Part shown: positions 47,094 to 57,458 of the stretch, in pieces | How the letters are laid out: the number at the start of each line of letters is the position of its first letter | Position numbering within the stretch: position 1 is the first letter of the stretch | Source: Alphaproteobacteria bacterium | GTDB taxonomy: Bacteria; Pseudomonadota; Alphaproteobacteria; UBA828 | NCBI GenBank assembly: GCA_965214705.1 | Contig: CBDCCI010000002.1 | Span: 2,688,001 to 2,752,000, forward strand | Length of the DNA: 64,000 bases | Direction: 5' to 3' | Position numbers and translations under genes: made by a program | Notes under the pieces: generated by a model | Seen by the model: the letters and a program-made list of their open reading frames with translations, nothing else | What the model was told of the DNA's origin: nothing | The model's database searches: none

Positions 47094-49185
47094 CCGAACT
47101 TCCGTTAGCATCTGATTGCCGATCTGGCCGGATTTTGCCTGTTTCCGCCCTTTCTGCGCAGTTTAGCGCCCGGTTTGGCGCGAAATTCCCGAAATGATCG
47201 CCGAAACCGCCGCGATTCGGCGCTCCAGCGCTGGATCACGCCGTCCCGGCGCATCCACCAAAACCTGAATACTAGTCAGTAGATAGTTTTCTCGTTACGA
47301 TAATTGCTCCGCATTCCCAAGCCTTTCCGATATGATTGCCGCGATTCGCTAGGCAGATCGATATGCACATCGAAACCACCCGGTCCGGAAACTCCCGCTG
47401 CCACCTCCTCAGACAGTCCTACTGGCAGGACGGAAAACCCAAGAAGCGCACCCTGTGCAACCTCTCCGCCCTCCCGGAACACGCCATCGAAGCCCTCAAA
47501 CGCGCCCTCAAGCGCGGACCCGCCCTCAATCCCGACAGCGCCGACGTCGAACTGCGCGCCAGCCGGGCGCACGGCGCCGTCAGCGCCGTTCTCGGCACCC
47601 TTCGCGACATCGGCCTCGACCGCGTCATCTTCCACCGGCCCGATCGCCGCAGGGCCCTCGTCATCGCCATGATCGTCGCCCGCCTGATCCGGCCCGGCGC
47701 CAAGCTGCGCGTCGAGCGCGAACTGGGAGCGGCCGGCACAACCACCCTCGCCGCCCTGCTCGGCGTCGAAGGCGTCAGCGTCGACGAACTCTACGCCGCC
47801 ATGGACTGGCTGGGCGCGCGACAGGGCGCGATCGAGCGCAAGCTCGCCCGGCGCCATCTCGGAGAGGACGATCTCGTCCTCTACGACGTGTCCTCGAGCT
47901 ACATGGAGGGCAACGCCTGCCCCATGGCGAAGCGCGGCTATTCGAGGGATCGCCGGGGCGACCGCCCGCAGATCGTCTACGGCCTCCTCTGCACCCGCGA
48001 TGGCTGTCCGGTCTCGATCGAGGCCTTCGCCGGCAACACCGGCGACCCGATGACTCTGGCCAGCCAGGTGCGCAAGGTCCGCGACAGCTTCGGCATCCGG
48101 CGGGTGGTGTTGGTGGGGGACCGCGGCATGATCGCGCAGACCCGCATCGACCGCGACCTCGCGCCCAACGGCATCGACTGGATCACGGCGCTGCGCGCAT
48201 CCTCGATCCGCAAGCTCGTCGACCGGGGGCATGTCACGCCCGGCCTGTTCGACACCTGGGGCCTCGCGCGGGTGACCACGCCGGACTATCCCGGCGAGAG
48301 GCTGATCGTCTGCTACAACCCGGTTCTGGCGGCCGAGCGCAAGCGCAACCGCGACGGGCTGCTCAATGCGACCGAGACGGACGCGCGCGATTTCGCCGCG
48401 CGCCACGCCGCCGGCGACATCGACCGCGACGAGTTGAACCGTCGGCTGGGAACCTTGCGCCGCCGCAAGATGGCCAAGCACTTCCGCTTCGAATTCGACG
48501 AGGGCAGCGGCACCTTCAGTTGCGAACGCGACCGGGCGTCGATCGACGCCGAGGCCGCCCTCGACGGTCTCTACGTCATACGCACCAACGTGGACGAGGA
48601 CGAGATCGAGGACGTCGAGGCGGTCCGCGTCTACAAGAGCCTGTCACGCGTCGAGCGCGCCTTCCGCTCGCTCAAGACGGTGTCGTTGCGGATCCGCCCG
48701 ATCTTCCACTGGCGCGACGACCGAGTACGGGCGCATCTTCTGATCTGCATGCTGGCTTGGTATGTCGAGTGGCACATGCGCCGCAGGCTGGCGCCGCTGC
48801 TGTTCGCCGAGGAGGACGGAGCGCCGCTGTCCGCGAACCCGGTGGCGCCGCCGGAACGCTCGGAAAAGGCCCGGCGCAAGGACAAGCGCCGAAAGACGGA
48901 TGATGGACTTGCGGTGTGCGACTTCCGCGATCTCCTCGGCCATCTCGGCACGCTTGCTGCCACTGAGATCGCCACCGGAACCGACTTCGCCGTGCCCGCC
49001 CTGACCAAGCCGACCGAACTGCAGGAAAGGGCGTTCGCATTGCTCGGGCTGCGGCCCCATCCTGCGCCCGCGCTCACCGAAAAGGGGATGACCACCGCCA
49101 AACCTGTCCAGTAATCGTCGCTTCGAAACTCGCCGAAACCCCTGCCGCACAACGGTTCTTTGACTATCCCACACTGGAAGTTCGG
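47094..49185 (+). mobile_element. Second, distinct IS1634-family-like IS (2092 bp)
   Basis: IRs CCGAACTTCC/GGAAGTTCGG; 6-bp TSD CTTAAA at 47088-47093 and 49186-49191. Confidence 0.88.
47363..49114 (+). CDS. IS1634-like DDE transposase
   Basis: LLRQSY...KKRTLCNLS; LYDVSSSY; GYSRD; VGDRGM; YKSLSRVERAFRSLK...RPIFHW. Confidence 0.9.
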   Translation: MHIETTRSGNSRCHLLRQSYWQDGKPKKRTLCNLSALPEHAIEALKRALKRGPALNPDSADVELRASRAHGAVSAVLGTLRDIGLDRVIFHRPDRRRALVIAMIVARLIRPGAKLRVERELGAAGTTTLAALLGVEGVSVDELYAAMDWLGARQGAIERKLARRHLGEDDLVLYDVSSSYMEGNACPMAKRGYSRDRRGDRPQIVYGLLCTRDGCPVSIEAFAGNTGDPMTLASQVRKVRDSFGIRRVVLVGDRGMIAQTRIDRDLAPNGIDWITALRASSIRKLVDRGHVTPGLFDTWGLARVTTPDYPGERLIVCYNPVLAAERKRNRDGLLNATETDARDFAARHAAGDIDRDELNRRLGTLRRRKMAKHFRFEFDEGSGTFSCERDRASIDAEAALDGLYVIRTNVDEDEIEDVEAVRVYKSLSRVERAFRSLKTVSLRIRPIFHWRDDRVRAHLLICMLAWYVEWHMRRRLAPLLFAEEDGAPLSANPVAPPERSEKARRKDKRRKTDDGLAVCDFRDLLGHLGTLAATEIATGTDFAVPALTKPTELQERAFALLGLRPHPAPALTEKGMTTAKPVQ

Positions 49186-49264
49186 CTTAAAGCCCGGCGC
49201 CGCTCAACTCCTCCTTCAGTGCGGGCAATCGACCAAAGCGTTCTCGCAACTCGGCAATGAAGCG

Positions 49265-49309
49265 GGTCTGCGGGGGGAGGGGCTCGGCAACGACCCCTCC
49301 TACCCTGCC
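49265..49309 (+). ncRNA. Probable orphan group II intron 3' end (domain VI) remnant
   Basis: GGTCTGCGGGGGGAGGGG-CTCGGCAACGA-CCCCTCCT(A)CCCTGCC stem with a bulged A; domain V not recognisable. Confidence 0.45.
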
Positions 49310-49421
49310 GGAAAAACTCGCAGCACCCGCACGCTCCGAGCGTACCATTGAACAGAACTGTCACGGCCGCGCAACGATGCGCGCATCCAGTCTTGAAACC
49401 CAGTTCCTCGACATCCCCGAG

Positions 49422-49979
49422 CTACACCACTGATATTCCGAACAGCGCGTCGTGATAGTGCATCAGCAGCCCGGCCACGACGAGACCGCCAACAACCGCC
49501 GCCACGTCCATCGCGATACGGGGCGCCCTGCTTACGGCCGGTCGCCTGGCCCGCACAATCGCGCTGAGCGTCGCCACCATTGCGAATCCCGCGAAGCCGC
49601 CGAAGAGCACGATGGAATGCAGATCGCCGTTCGCGAGGAGGTGGGCAAGCGCCCACAGAAGTAGCCCGAGCAACATCGGATGCCGGACAGCTGCACGGAT
49701 GTGGGTAGGCATGTTGGCGGCCGCGAAGAGAACCAGCCCGATCGGTACCGCAACCAACGCCGCGTCGTGCCCCCAGCTCGGAGGAACGTACACCGGATCG
49801 GAAGGCGCTTCGGAGTATCCCCACACAGTCAAGGCGAGGCCCGCCAGCGCTACGAGCGAGAACACGCCGCGGTAGGCTCTCTCGCCCATGAGTGCCACCA
49901 TGGCGGCACGCAGGGGCGCAACGCTCGGGACCAAGTGTATGGTGAAGAACAGCACGAGGCCAACAATGAGAAGAGGCAT
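49422..49979 (-). CDS. nnrU: NnrU family membrane protein
   Basis: GLVLFFTIHLVP; YRGVFSLVAL; VRHPMLLG..LWALAHLLANGD. Confidence 0.85.
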   Translation of the reverse strand: MPLLIVGLVLFFTIHLVPSVAPLRAAMVALMGERAYRGVFSLVALAGLALTVWGYSEAPSDPVYVPPSWGHDAALVAVPIGLVLFAAANMPTHIRAAVRHPMLLGLLLWALAHLLANGDLHSIVLFGGFAGFAMVATLSAIVRARRPAVSRAPRIAMDVAAVVGGLVVAGLLMHYHDALFGISVV

Positions 49980-50186
49980 GAGGATGTTCCTGACTGATGC
50001 GTCACGATCATGCGAAACAAACGCTGCAATATGCGAGGCGAAATTTCCGCTCGCGTGGCCTCGGCTCCACTAAACCCACGGAAAGCGATGCTACACGCTG
50101 TTCGGCGTTTCTTACAGATTACTCCGTATTGCAATCACCACGTGCTCGGCGGCGATGCCTCCCGATCGCGCCGATCATGCAGGCTC

Positions 50187-51242
50187 ATGATCCCGACGAT
50201 GGCCATCCGGTTCGTCCGCCGATGCTTGGGTATATGTGCCGTCACGGGCTTTTTGGGCGCGGCGATGACCGGCGTCGAAGGCCGCGAGCTCCTGTGGCAG
50301 ACCAACGCCGAAGGCGACGACGTTCACGTCTTCGACGTCGAGACCGGCGCGTTGGTGCGCCGGCTTGTGGTCGGCGCGAACCCCCATGGGATCGCGGCGA
50401 CGTCCGAGGGAGAGACCGTCTATCTGTCGCTCGAGCGAAACGGTGAGGCCCGGGGCGAGCTGATTTGGGTCAACCGTCGGACCTTCGAGATCGAGCATCG
50501 CCTGGAGGTCGGCCCGGAGCCTCACGCCATCGCCGTAACGCCCGACGGCCGCTGGGTCTACGTGCCGTGTCGCGACGGGCACTATTGGGTGATCGACGGG
50601 ACCCGGCGCGAAATCGTCGCGCGGATCGAGACCGGCGGCCGGCCGCACAACACAATGGTTGCGCCCGACGGCAGCCACGTCTTCCTCTCGCCGATGGGAT
50701 CGCCCGAGAGGGTCTCTATCGTCGATCCCGATGTCGGTCACCGGGTGGTGGGGACCATTTCGTTCTCATCGTCCGTGCGCCCGCCGGCGATCGCCTTCTC
50801 GCGCAACCTGTTCTTCCAGCACGTGGACGGTCTCAACGGTTTCGAGGTCGCCGACCTCGACACCCGAACGGTCATTGCCCGGGTGGAGCACAGCGCCGGT
50901 CTGGGGATCCCGGTCTGGCCGGCCCGACTCGGGTTCCTCGGCCTCTCTGGGCTCAGTCGCTGCCACGGTCTCGCCGTGCGCCCGGGCGATCGGGAAATCT
51001 GGTCGATATGCGGCACCAACGCGACCGTTCACGCGCTCGCGGACCGCACCTTCCCCGAAGAGGCCCATCTCGACCTGCCGGGAAAGGGATACTGGCTCAC
51101 CTTTTCTGCGGACGGCCGCTACGTCTTCGTCGCGCTCTCGGCGGAATCGCAGGTCGCGATGATCGACGCGGAGACGCGCGAGATCGTCCGAATTCTCGAC
51201 GCCGGTGCCGGACCCAAGAGGAACCTGATTCTCGCTGAGTGA
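50187..51242 (+). CDS. YncE/YVTN beta-propeller repeat protein; start uncertain
   Basis: Repeated VGANPHGIA, VGPEPHAIAVTPDG and TGGRPHN blades; hydrophobic N-terminus. Confidence 0.8.
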   Translation: MIPTMAIRFVRRCLGICAVTGFLGAAMTGVEGRELLWQTNAEGDDVHVFDVETGALVRRLVVGANPHGIAATSEGETVYLSLERNGEARGELIWVNRRTFEIEHRLEVGPEPHAIAVTPDGRWVYVPCRDGHYWVIDGTRREIVARIETGGRPHNTMVAPDGSHVFLSPMGSPERVSIVDPDVGHRVVGTISFSSSVRPPAIAFSRNLFFQHVDGLNGFEVADLDTRTVIARVEHSAGLGIPVWPARLGFLGLSGLSRCHGLAVRPGDREIWSICGTNATVHALADRTFPEEAHLDLPGKGYWLTFSADGRYVFVALSAESQVAMIDAETREIVRILDAGAGPKRNLILAE

Positions 51243-51400
51243 GCGCCTCTCTCGAATAGCGACTGCCCGAGCCGTTGCTGTTGCCCCGAGAGCGCGGATC
51301 AGTTTCTATGCTGCCCGCTGCTGCCGCGGGGTCGCCGACCACATGATGGCGTTTCGGACCGCCTTGTGAAAGGATCGTGACCGAACCACGGAGAGACTCC

Positions 51401-51811
51401 ATGACACGCGATGTCGGACCGTTCGATCTGCAGACCGTCCGTCTGATCATGGATCCGCGCGGCCGCGCGACGCCGAAGCGGGTGGGGCCAGATTTTTACA
51501 GCGAGCTCGACGCCGAGTTCGACGGCTTTGCCGGCCACCTGTTGATCTCAAAGCATGAATTCTCCGAACCATGGGGCGCCTGGGAGATGCATCCGAAGGG
51601 CGACGAGATCGTTTATCTGCTGTTCGGCGGTGTCGACTTCGTGCTCTGGACCGCCGGTACCGAGCGCGTGGTCCGCCTCAGCGAGCCGGGCTCCTATGTA
51701 CTCGTTCCCCAGGGCACCTGGCACACCGCGCGGCCGCACGAGAGGAGCGCGCTGCTCTTCGTCACTACGGGCGAAGGCACGCGGCACAGCGAGGCTCCTG
51801 AGACAGTTTGA
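51401..51811 (+). CDS. Cupin domain protein
   Basis: WEMHPKGDEIVYLLFG and VPQGTWHTA cupin motifs. Confidence 0.88.
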   Translation: MTRDVGPFDLQTVRLIMDPRGRATPKRVGPDFYSELDAEFDGFAGHLLISKHEFSEPWGAWEMHPKGDEIVYLLFGGVDFVLWTAGTERVVRLSEPGSYVLVPQGTWHTARPHERSALLFVTTGEGTRHSEAPETV

Positions 51812-51940
51812 GGTGTCTTGGCGGCCACCGCCCCGACTTCGACGTCGAACCGCCGTTGGCTGCACACGATAAGGAGATGGACGTCAACGGCGTCGGTTGC
51901 CGACAACGCTATGCTAGCACGTCAAGCTGAAATATCGGAT

Positions 51941-53442
51941 GAGCCACTTGCAAAACTCCCAGGCGCGGTCTGCTTTTCCCGAGAGCCCGGCGTGAGGACA
52001 TTGACGGTCGGAACGTAACATGAACTTCGGGACGAGCGGACGTCGCTGGCTGCCGCCGGGGCGCCGATTCGCCGCAAACCGATGCCCATGCGGGCGCATT
52101 TTGGACCCGCCGTCGCGATGCGGACATGGCTTTTTGCGCCTCCGCGGAGGGAGGCGTGCCGGCGTGACAGCGACGGAGGCGCCGCTCAGGCCAGGAGGCG
52201 CATCAGCTGGTCGACCGTCAGCACCAGGATGCCGAACATCAGGTGGCAATGAACCTTGGCATGGCCGCGCACGCGGACATGGCGGCCCCCGCAGTTGTCC
52301 TTCAGCCCACCGTTGATGCGCTCGATGTTCGAGCGCTCGTTGTAGCGCTCGTCCGCCGGGTGGCGGTGACCGACGCCTCTCTGCGCCCTGGCCTCGCGCG
52401 CCAGCTCCTCCTTGTACTCCTTGTCGCGAGGGTTGACGTCGATGATCGGGACGTGGCCCAGCAGGTAGCTGTGCCAGCCGATCTCGGGCGCGTCATAGGC
52501 TGAGTCCATGAGGTCGTACAGATTGGTGACGCGGTCGGCGGTCATACTCGCCAGCGGGATCGCGGCCTGGCTGTCGTGCAGCGAGGCGGACGTCAGGATG
52601 CAACTGATCGGAATGCCGCCATCGGCGGCGTCGATGTGCAGCTTGTAACCGATCCACGATGTGGTATGGCCCCTGGCGTTGCGCTTGGTGCCGACGTCGC
52701 AGGCTTTCGGCAGGTCGTCGAGCATCTGGGGCAAGCTCATCGTGAGCTGGCGTTTCACGCGGCGCTCCTCCTTGGGCCGCTCCTCGCCCTTGCGCGGGCG
52801 GCCGCGCTTGCGCTTCGGCTTCTCCGCCTTGGGCTTGGGCTGAGGCTTCTCGCGCGCCTCGATCGCCGTCGAGTCGCGCGAGACGTGCCCGACCAGATGG
52901 TCTCCGAGGGTCTGCTTGATCAGCGCCTCATGCACGCGAGCGGGCAACGCACTCTCGGAGAACTCCGCAAACGCCCGCGAAAACGTCGCCTCGCTCGGGA
53001 TCTCTGCGGCATAGGTCCAGCCGCAGAGACGGCGTAGCGTCTTGTCGTTCTCAAGGCGCTCGATCAGGGCGCGCGTCGTGGGTACGTCGAACACCGCCTT
53101 GGCGATGAAGGCGCGGGCCAAGGCCGCCCGATCCTCGACCGGCCGACCGGGCAGGCCATGGAAATGGGGAAGGAAGCTCTCGACCCGCGCAAGCTCAAGC
53201 ACGGTGACGAAGCGCCGGTACCTCTCGCCGAGCGGCCCGAGCTCCTCCTCAAGCCACGGGAAAAGATCCGCTTGAATGTGATGCCAGAATCCGGATAGTG
53301 TCTGTCCCAGCGACATGGGGCCGCCCTCTCCGTCGACGTTGTCCGAAACCCGACAGGAACAGAGAGCGGTCCCGATTTCCAGGACAATCTGACCGCCACG
53401 GCGGCAAAATCCCGCTCAAATGCGGAATTTTGCAAGTGGCTC
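51941..53442 (-). mobile_element. IS5/IS1182-like IS (1502 bp)
   Basis: IRs GAGCCACTTGCAAAA/TTTTGCAAGTGGCTC; 4-bp TSD GGAT at 51937-51940 and 53443-53446. Confidence 0.85.
52186..53316 (-). CDS. DDE transposase
   Basis: PSEATFSR; SRDSTAI; WIGYKLH; HDS; MDSAYD; YNERSNIERING. Confidence 0.88.
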   Translation of the reverse strand: MSLGQTLSGFWHHIQADLFPWLEEELGPLGERYRRFVTVLELARVESFLPHFHGLPGRPVEDRAALARAFIAKAVFDVPTTRALIERLENDKTLRRLCGWTYAAEIPSEATFSRAFAEFSESALPARVHEALIKQTLGDHLVGHVSRDSTAIEAREKPQPKPKAEKPKRKRGRPRKGEERPKEERRVKRQLTMSLPQMLDDLPKACDVGTKRNARGHTTSWIGYKLHIDAADGGIPISCILTSASLHDSQAAIPLASMTADRVTNLYDLMDSAYDAPEIGWHSYLLGHVPIIDVNPRDKEYKEELAREARAQRGVGHRHPADERYNERSNIERINGGLKDNCGGRHVRVRGHAKVHCHLMFGILVLTVDQLMRLLA

Positions 53443-53498
53443 GGATGAGACGGCCGCCAGGGCCTTGGCGGGCCTTCCTGTACGCGGGGGTCAGGTCG

Positions 53499-54340
53499 TT
53501 GAGTGAATCGCAGACGGGCAAAGGGCAAACATTCAAGGACTTGCATTTGGCCGATGGCATATTCGTGATGCCGAATGCGTGGAATGCCGGCAGTGCCCGC
53601 ATGCTGGAAGCAGCGGGCTTCGCCGCGGTCGGCACCTCTAGCGCGGGCATCGCATTCTGTCTGGGTCTGCCCGACTATGAAGGGGCGCTCACCCGTCAAG
53701 CGGCGCTTGAGGAGACCAACCGGATTGTAGGCGCGCTTCGGATACCCGTCAGTATGGACGCGGAAAACGGCTATGGACATACGCCGGAACAGGTGGCCGA
53801 CACCGTCCGCCGAGCGGCCGAGATCGGCGCAGTGGAGCCAGCATCGAAGACTATGCTGCTGCCTGCGGCACAGGCGATCTTTACGATCGGGCGTTATCGG
53901 TGGCGCGGATCAAGGCTGCGGTGATAGCCGCCGTGTCGCTGCCTTTCCCCTTTACCCTGACCGCGAGAGCCGAGTGCTATCTCATCGGACACCCGAACCC
54001 GTTCGAGGAATCGGTGGCAAGGGTCAACATGTATCGGGAAACGGGCGCGGACTGCCTGTATGTGCCCGGCATCAGGGACGCCGAGACCATCGGCAGGTTG
54101 GTGAAGGAGGTCGACGGACCGGTCGACGTCGTCATGGGTCTTGCCGGCAGTCCGATGAGCGTACGCCAACTCGAGGACCTGGGGGTCAAGCGGGTGAGCA
54201 TCGGCGGTTCGCTGGCCCGGGCCACATTTGGTGTCATCCGTCGGGCGGCGACGGAAATGCGTGACCGCGGCACCTTTGCATTTGCCGAAGATCAGGTGCC
54301 GAATGGCGAGCTCTGCCGGTATTTTGCCAAGCGACCGTGA
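53499..54340 (+). pseudogene. Isocitrate lyase/PEP mutase family protein with a 1-nt frameshift near 53834
   Basis: MPNAWNAGSAR; TSSAG; DAENGYG; adding one G restores AVGASIED and joins LTARAE, GADCLYVPG and LGVKRVSIG. Confidence 0.82.
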
Positions 54341-54636
54341 CCGGCCCGTGCATCATAGGCCTGCAGGCGCGGTGGCGGACGCGGATGCGGCGGAGCCGGT
54401 CGCATCGAAGCCCTCGATCTGCGTCTTGGTGCAGCCGTCGAGCACGAACTCGGCCGACGCCGCGCCGAGGTCGGGGCGAGGCAAGAGCTGTGGCCGGCGA
54501 AGTCGAAGACATGGACCAGGCCATGTGTGGTTCGGCTCAGGCAGAGCGCAGGGAGGTGCTCCGGGGTGCAGCCCTCGACTTCATTCCAAAAACCAATCGG
54601 GAAACCCTTTCTACCTACCGACTTCGGCCAAAGGTT

Positions 54637-54678
54637 AAGGGTTGGGCAGGCTCTCTCTCGAGAGCCTGCCCAACCCTT
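54637..54678. repeat. Perfect 19-bp hairpin abutting the IS91-like element end
   Basis: AAGGGTTGGGCAGGCTCTC-TCTC-GAGAGCCTGCCCAACCCTT. Confidence 0.9.
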
Positions 54679-54940
54679 TTGAACGAAGCCGCGGGCCACG
54701 AGAGGCGAAGTTGAGCTATGTGGAAAGTGCGCTGATGTCAGCGTCAGGCGGCATCCACCGGCAGCAGAGTTGCGCATAAAATCGACGCTCGCGCCGGTCT
54801 TTCGGCAGGCATGCGGGCGCACGCTGCGAGGACTGAGCGGGGTGTGAGCCGAGGGCTGTCAGCCCGGCTCAAGCGGAGACAGGTTCGGTCGTGCGTCGGC
54901 GCTTTGGCGCCGTTGCGCGGGGCCGAAGCGAGCGGGCGTC

Positions 54941-56182
54941 TCACGGTTTCCCCCTGTGGGTCGGCGGCAGCGCCGGCGGGCCGCGCGTCGAGCGGGGCTC
55001 ATGGCGGCGGCGGATTTCGCGGACGAGGCGCATGACGCCGCCGCAGTGGGGGCAGGCCACGGGCGCGGTGCCGATCTCGGGCTCTTCGTCGGGCTCGGCC
55101 CGAGCGCCGTCCACGCTTCCCTCGGGGGCGGCGCAGCCGAGGGCGCCGAGAGCCTGGCGTGCTCTCTCCAGCGTGCTGGCGCGGCAGCCGTTGGCGAGGA
55201 TGCCGAAGTAGCGAATGCGGTGCATGCCGTCCGGCAGGACGTGCCTCAGGAAGCGGCGGATGAACTCGTCGGCGCTCACGGTGGCGATGCCGTAGCGCGG
55301 CTTTCTCTGCCCCGGCGCCTTGGGCTTTCGGTGGCGGAAGGAGACCGTCTCGCCGTCGAAGGAGACGATGCGGCTGTCGGAGATGGCGATCCTGTGCGTG
55401 TAGTGCGACAGGTACCGGAAGACCTGCTCAGGCCCGCGGAAGGGCCGCTTGGCGTAGACCACCCAGTCCCTGGCCCGGGCGGCGGCAAGCGTGGCGTGGA
55501 ACTCGCCGGGATTGGCGAGGTGGGCGACGGTGCCGTGGAACTCCAGGTCCCCCCGGCCGTGGGCGCGGGCGAGCTCCTCGAGGAAGAGGCGGCGGAACAG
55601 GCTGCCGAGGACCTTGACGGGGGCGAGGAAGGTGGTGCTCCCCGTCTTCCACTCGCCACTGTCTACGTCGAAGCCCGCGTTGGGCACGACCACGTGCAGG
55701 TGCGGGTGGAAGCGGAGCTTCTGATCCCAGGTATGGAGGACCGCGGTGCCGCCGATGCGCATGCCGCCGTGGCGGGGATCGGCGGCGATGGTGCGCAGGG
55801 TCTCGGCGACGGCCCGGAAGAGGATGTCGAACACCACCCTGCGGTTGCAGAAGGCAATGGCGGCAACCTCCTTGGGCAGGGTGAAGACCACATGGAAGTA
55901 GGGCACCGGCAGGATGTCCCCGGCGCGCTCCTCGCTCCAGAGGTTGGCGGCGAGACCCTGGCAGGTGGGGCAGTGGCGGTTGCGGCAGGAGTTGAAGAGC
56001 GGATGCTCGCGCCCGCAGCCCTCGCAGGCGTACATGTGGCCGCCGAGCACGGCGGTGCGGCACGCCTCGATGGCGCCCATGACCTTGAGCCGGGCGGCGT
56101 CGATGCGCCCTTTGTGGCGCTCACGGAAAGCGGCGCCGGCGCGGCGGAAGATCTCCGCCACGCCCGCGCGTTCGGCCTCCAC
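54941..56182 (-). CDS. IS91-family rolling-circle transposase
   Basis: CRTAVLGG...CEGC...NSCRNRHCPTC zinc domain; YFHVVFTLP; HUH motif HPHLH; YLSHYTHR; C-terminal CPHC. Confidence 0.92.
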   Translation of the reverse strand: MEAERAGVAEIFRRAGAAFRERHKGRIDAARLKVMGAIEACRTAVLGGHMYACEGCGREHPLFNSCRNRHCPTCQGLAANLWSEERAGDILPVPYFHVVFTLPKEVAAIAFCNRRVVFDILFRAVAETLRTIAADPRHGGMRIGGTAVLHTWDQKLRFHPHLHVVVPNAGFDVDSGEWKTGSTTFLAPVKVLGSLFRRLFLEELARAHGRGDLEFHGTVAHLANPGEFHATLAAARARDWVVYAKRPFRGPEQVFRYLSHYTHRIAISDSRIVSFDGETVSFRHRKPKAPGQRKPRYGIATVSADEFIRRFLRHVLPDGMHRIRYFGILANGCRASTLERARQALGALGCAAPEGSVDGARAEPDEEPEIGTAPVACPHCGGVMRLVREIRRRHEPRSTRGPPALPPTHRGKP

Positions 56183-56188
56183 GCGCCG

Positions 56189-57067
56189 TCAGTTGCGCAA
56201 CGCTGCGAAGCCTGAGATCGGGTGGTCGAGGCCCTCGAACATCTTGCCGGTGACGCGGGCGTAGTGACGGGTCGTGTTCGCGCTTCGATGGCCGAGCATG
56301 TCCCGGATCACCTCGATATCGCCGCCGCGCTCGAGGAGATGGGTCGCCGCCGAATGGCGCAGGCAATGGAAGGTGTAGCTGCGGTCGAGCTCGGCAATGT
56401 CGCGCGCCCTCCTGAAGGCGGCCTGCAAGGTCTCCGTTGCGATGGGCCTGTCGAGCGAGACGCCGTAGAAGAGCCAGTTCGTCGGACGCGGCCAGATGTT
56501 CCTGTAGTAGACGCGCAAGTAGTGGATGACGATGTCCGGCAACGGTGCCATTCTCTCGGTGCCGCCTTTGCCGGAGGGGATGTGCAGCAGCTTCTTCTCC
56601 GACAGGATGTCGCCGACCTTGATGGCCAAGGTCTCGGAGATGCGGAGCCCGCCGCCATAGCCGGTGACAATGGCAGCACGGTGGCGGAGGTCGGGTGTCG
56701 CAAGGATGAGGTGCTCGACCTCCTGCTCCGACATGTAGCGCGGCAGCTTGCCGGGCTTCTTGCGGGAGCGCAGGCCGGCGACATGGTCAGGCCAGCCGAG
56801 TGTGTCGATGTAGAGGAAGTTCAGCGCGGCGAAGGAGACGTTGGTCGTGCCCGGACTGAGCCCCTTGTCGATCCGCCCCAGGTACCACTGGCGCACCTGC
56901 TCGGCGTCGAGCTCGTCCGGCGAGGCGTCGTAGTACCTGGCCAGGTTCTTGATCTCGCAGATGTAGGCCTTGGACGTGCTCGCGGCCAGATTGGCGATGC
57001 GGAGCTGCTCCTCCATGCGCTGGCGAAGAGGGGTGACGGTGTTCGTGTCGCACGCGGTCCCGGTCAT
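56189..57067 (-). CDS. Tyrosine recombinase/integrase
   Basis: TPLRQRM SAM-like N-terminus; GLRISE; GKGG; HCLRHSAATHLLERG; LGH; TRHY. Confidence 0.92.
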   Translation of the reverse strand: MTGTACDTNTVTPLRQRMEEQLRIANLAASTSKAYICEIKNLARYYDASPDELDAEQVRQWYLGRIDKGLSPGTTNVSFAALNFLYIDTLGWPDHVAGLRSRKKPGKLPRYMSEQEVEHLILATPDLRHRAAIVTGYGGGLRISETLAIKVGDILSEKKLLHIPSGKGGTERMAPLPDIVIHYLRVYYRNIWPRPTNWLFYGVSLDRPIATETLQAAFRRARDIAELDRSYTFHCLRHSAATHLLERGGDIEVIRDMLGHRSANTTRHYARVTGKMFEGLDHPISGFAALRN

Positions 57068-57458
57068 TATCGATCTCCCTGGATCGCGACGGCGCGCCGC
57101 CGGACCGATCCGGCGACGGTCCGTCGCAGGGGTCGATACTAACCACTGGTGATCGGGAGGCTGCTGGGGATCCGCCACCCGACGGGCGGAGCGCCACTGA
57201 CGCAACCGGGAAGCGAACGCACAGAACAAACGGCACCCGCGACGCCTCGGAAATGAATGAACTCTACGCCGCTAACTCCGCGTAGCGGCTTCGTTCAAGT
57301 TGCAGTGGCGCCATCGACGGCCACATCTAGCCGCTCGACGGCCCGGTTTCTGGGCCCGACATATACAAGACGGTGCTCGACTGCTGCCTCGCTGTTTCGG
57401 TTGCCCGCATTGTCCCGGAGAGCGCGAAGCTGCGGCTCCTTGCGCCCATGAAGGAGTG

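Larger units (their letters stand above)
54637..57298 (-). mobile_element. Tyrosine recombinase plus IS91-like (HUH/Y2) element; limits approximate
   Basis: Coupled int-tnp genes; inverted 14-mers TTGAACGAAGCCGC (54679-54692) and GCGGCTTCGTTCAA (57285-57298). Confidence 0.78.

Noticed and set aside
51818-52018. 66-aa ORF after the cupin gene
   Set aside because: Crosses the IS boundary at 51941, so it is a chance frame
53830-53840. Programmed frameshift in the ICL/PEP mutase gene
   Set aside because: Single missing G in a short run with no slippery heptamer; mutation or sequencing error is more likely
54340-54636. Possible gene remnant between the ICL pseudogene and the IS91-like element
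   Set aside because: No family recognisable in any frame
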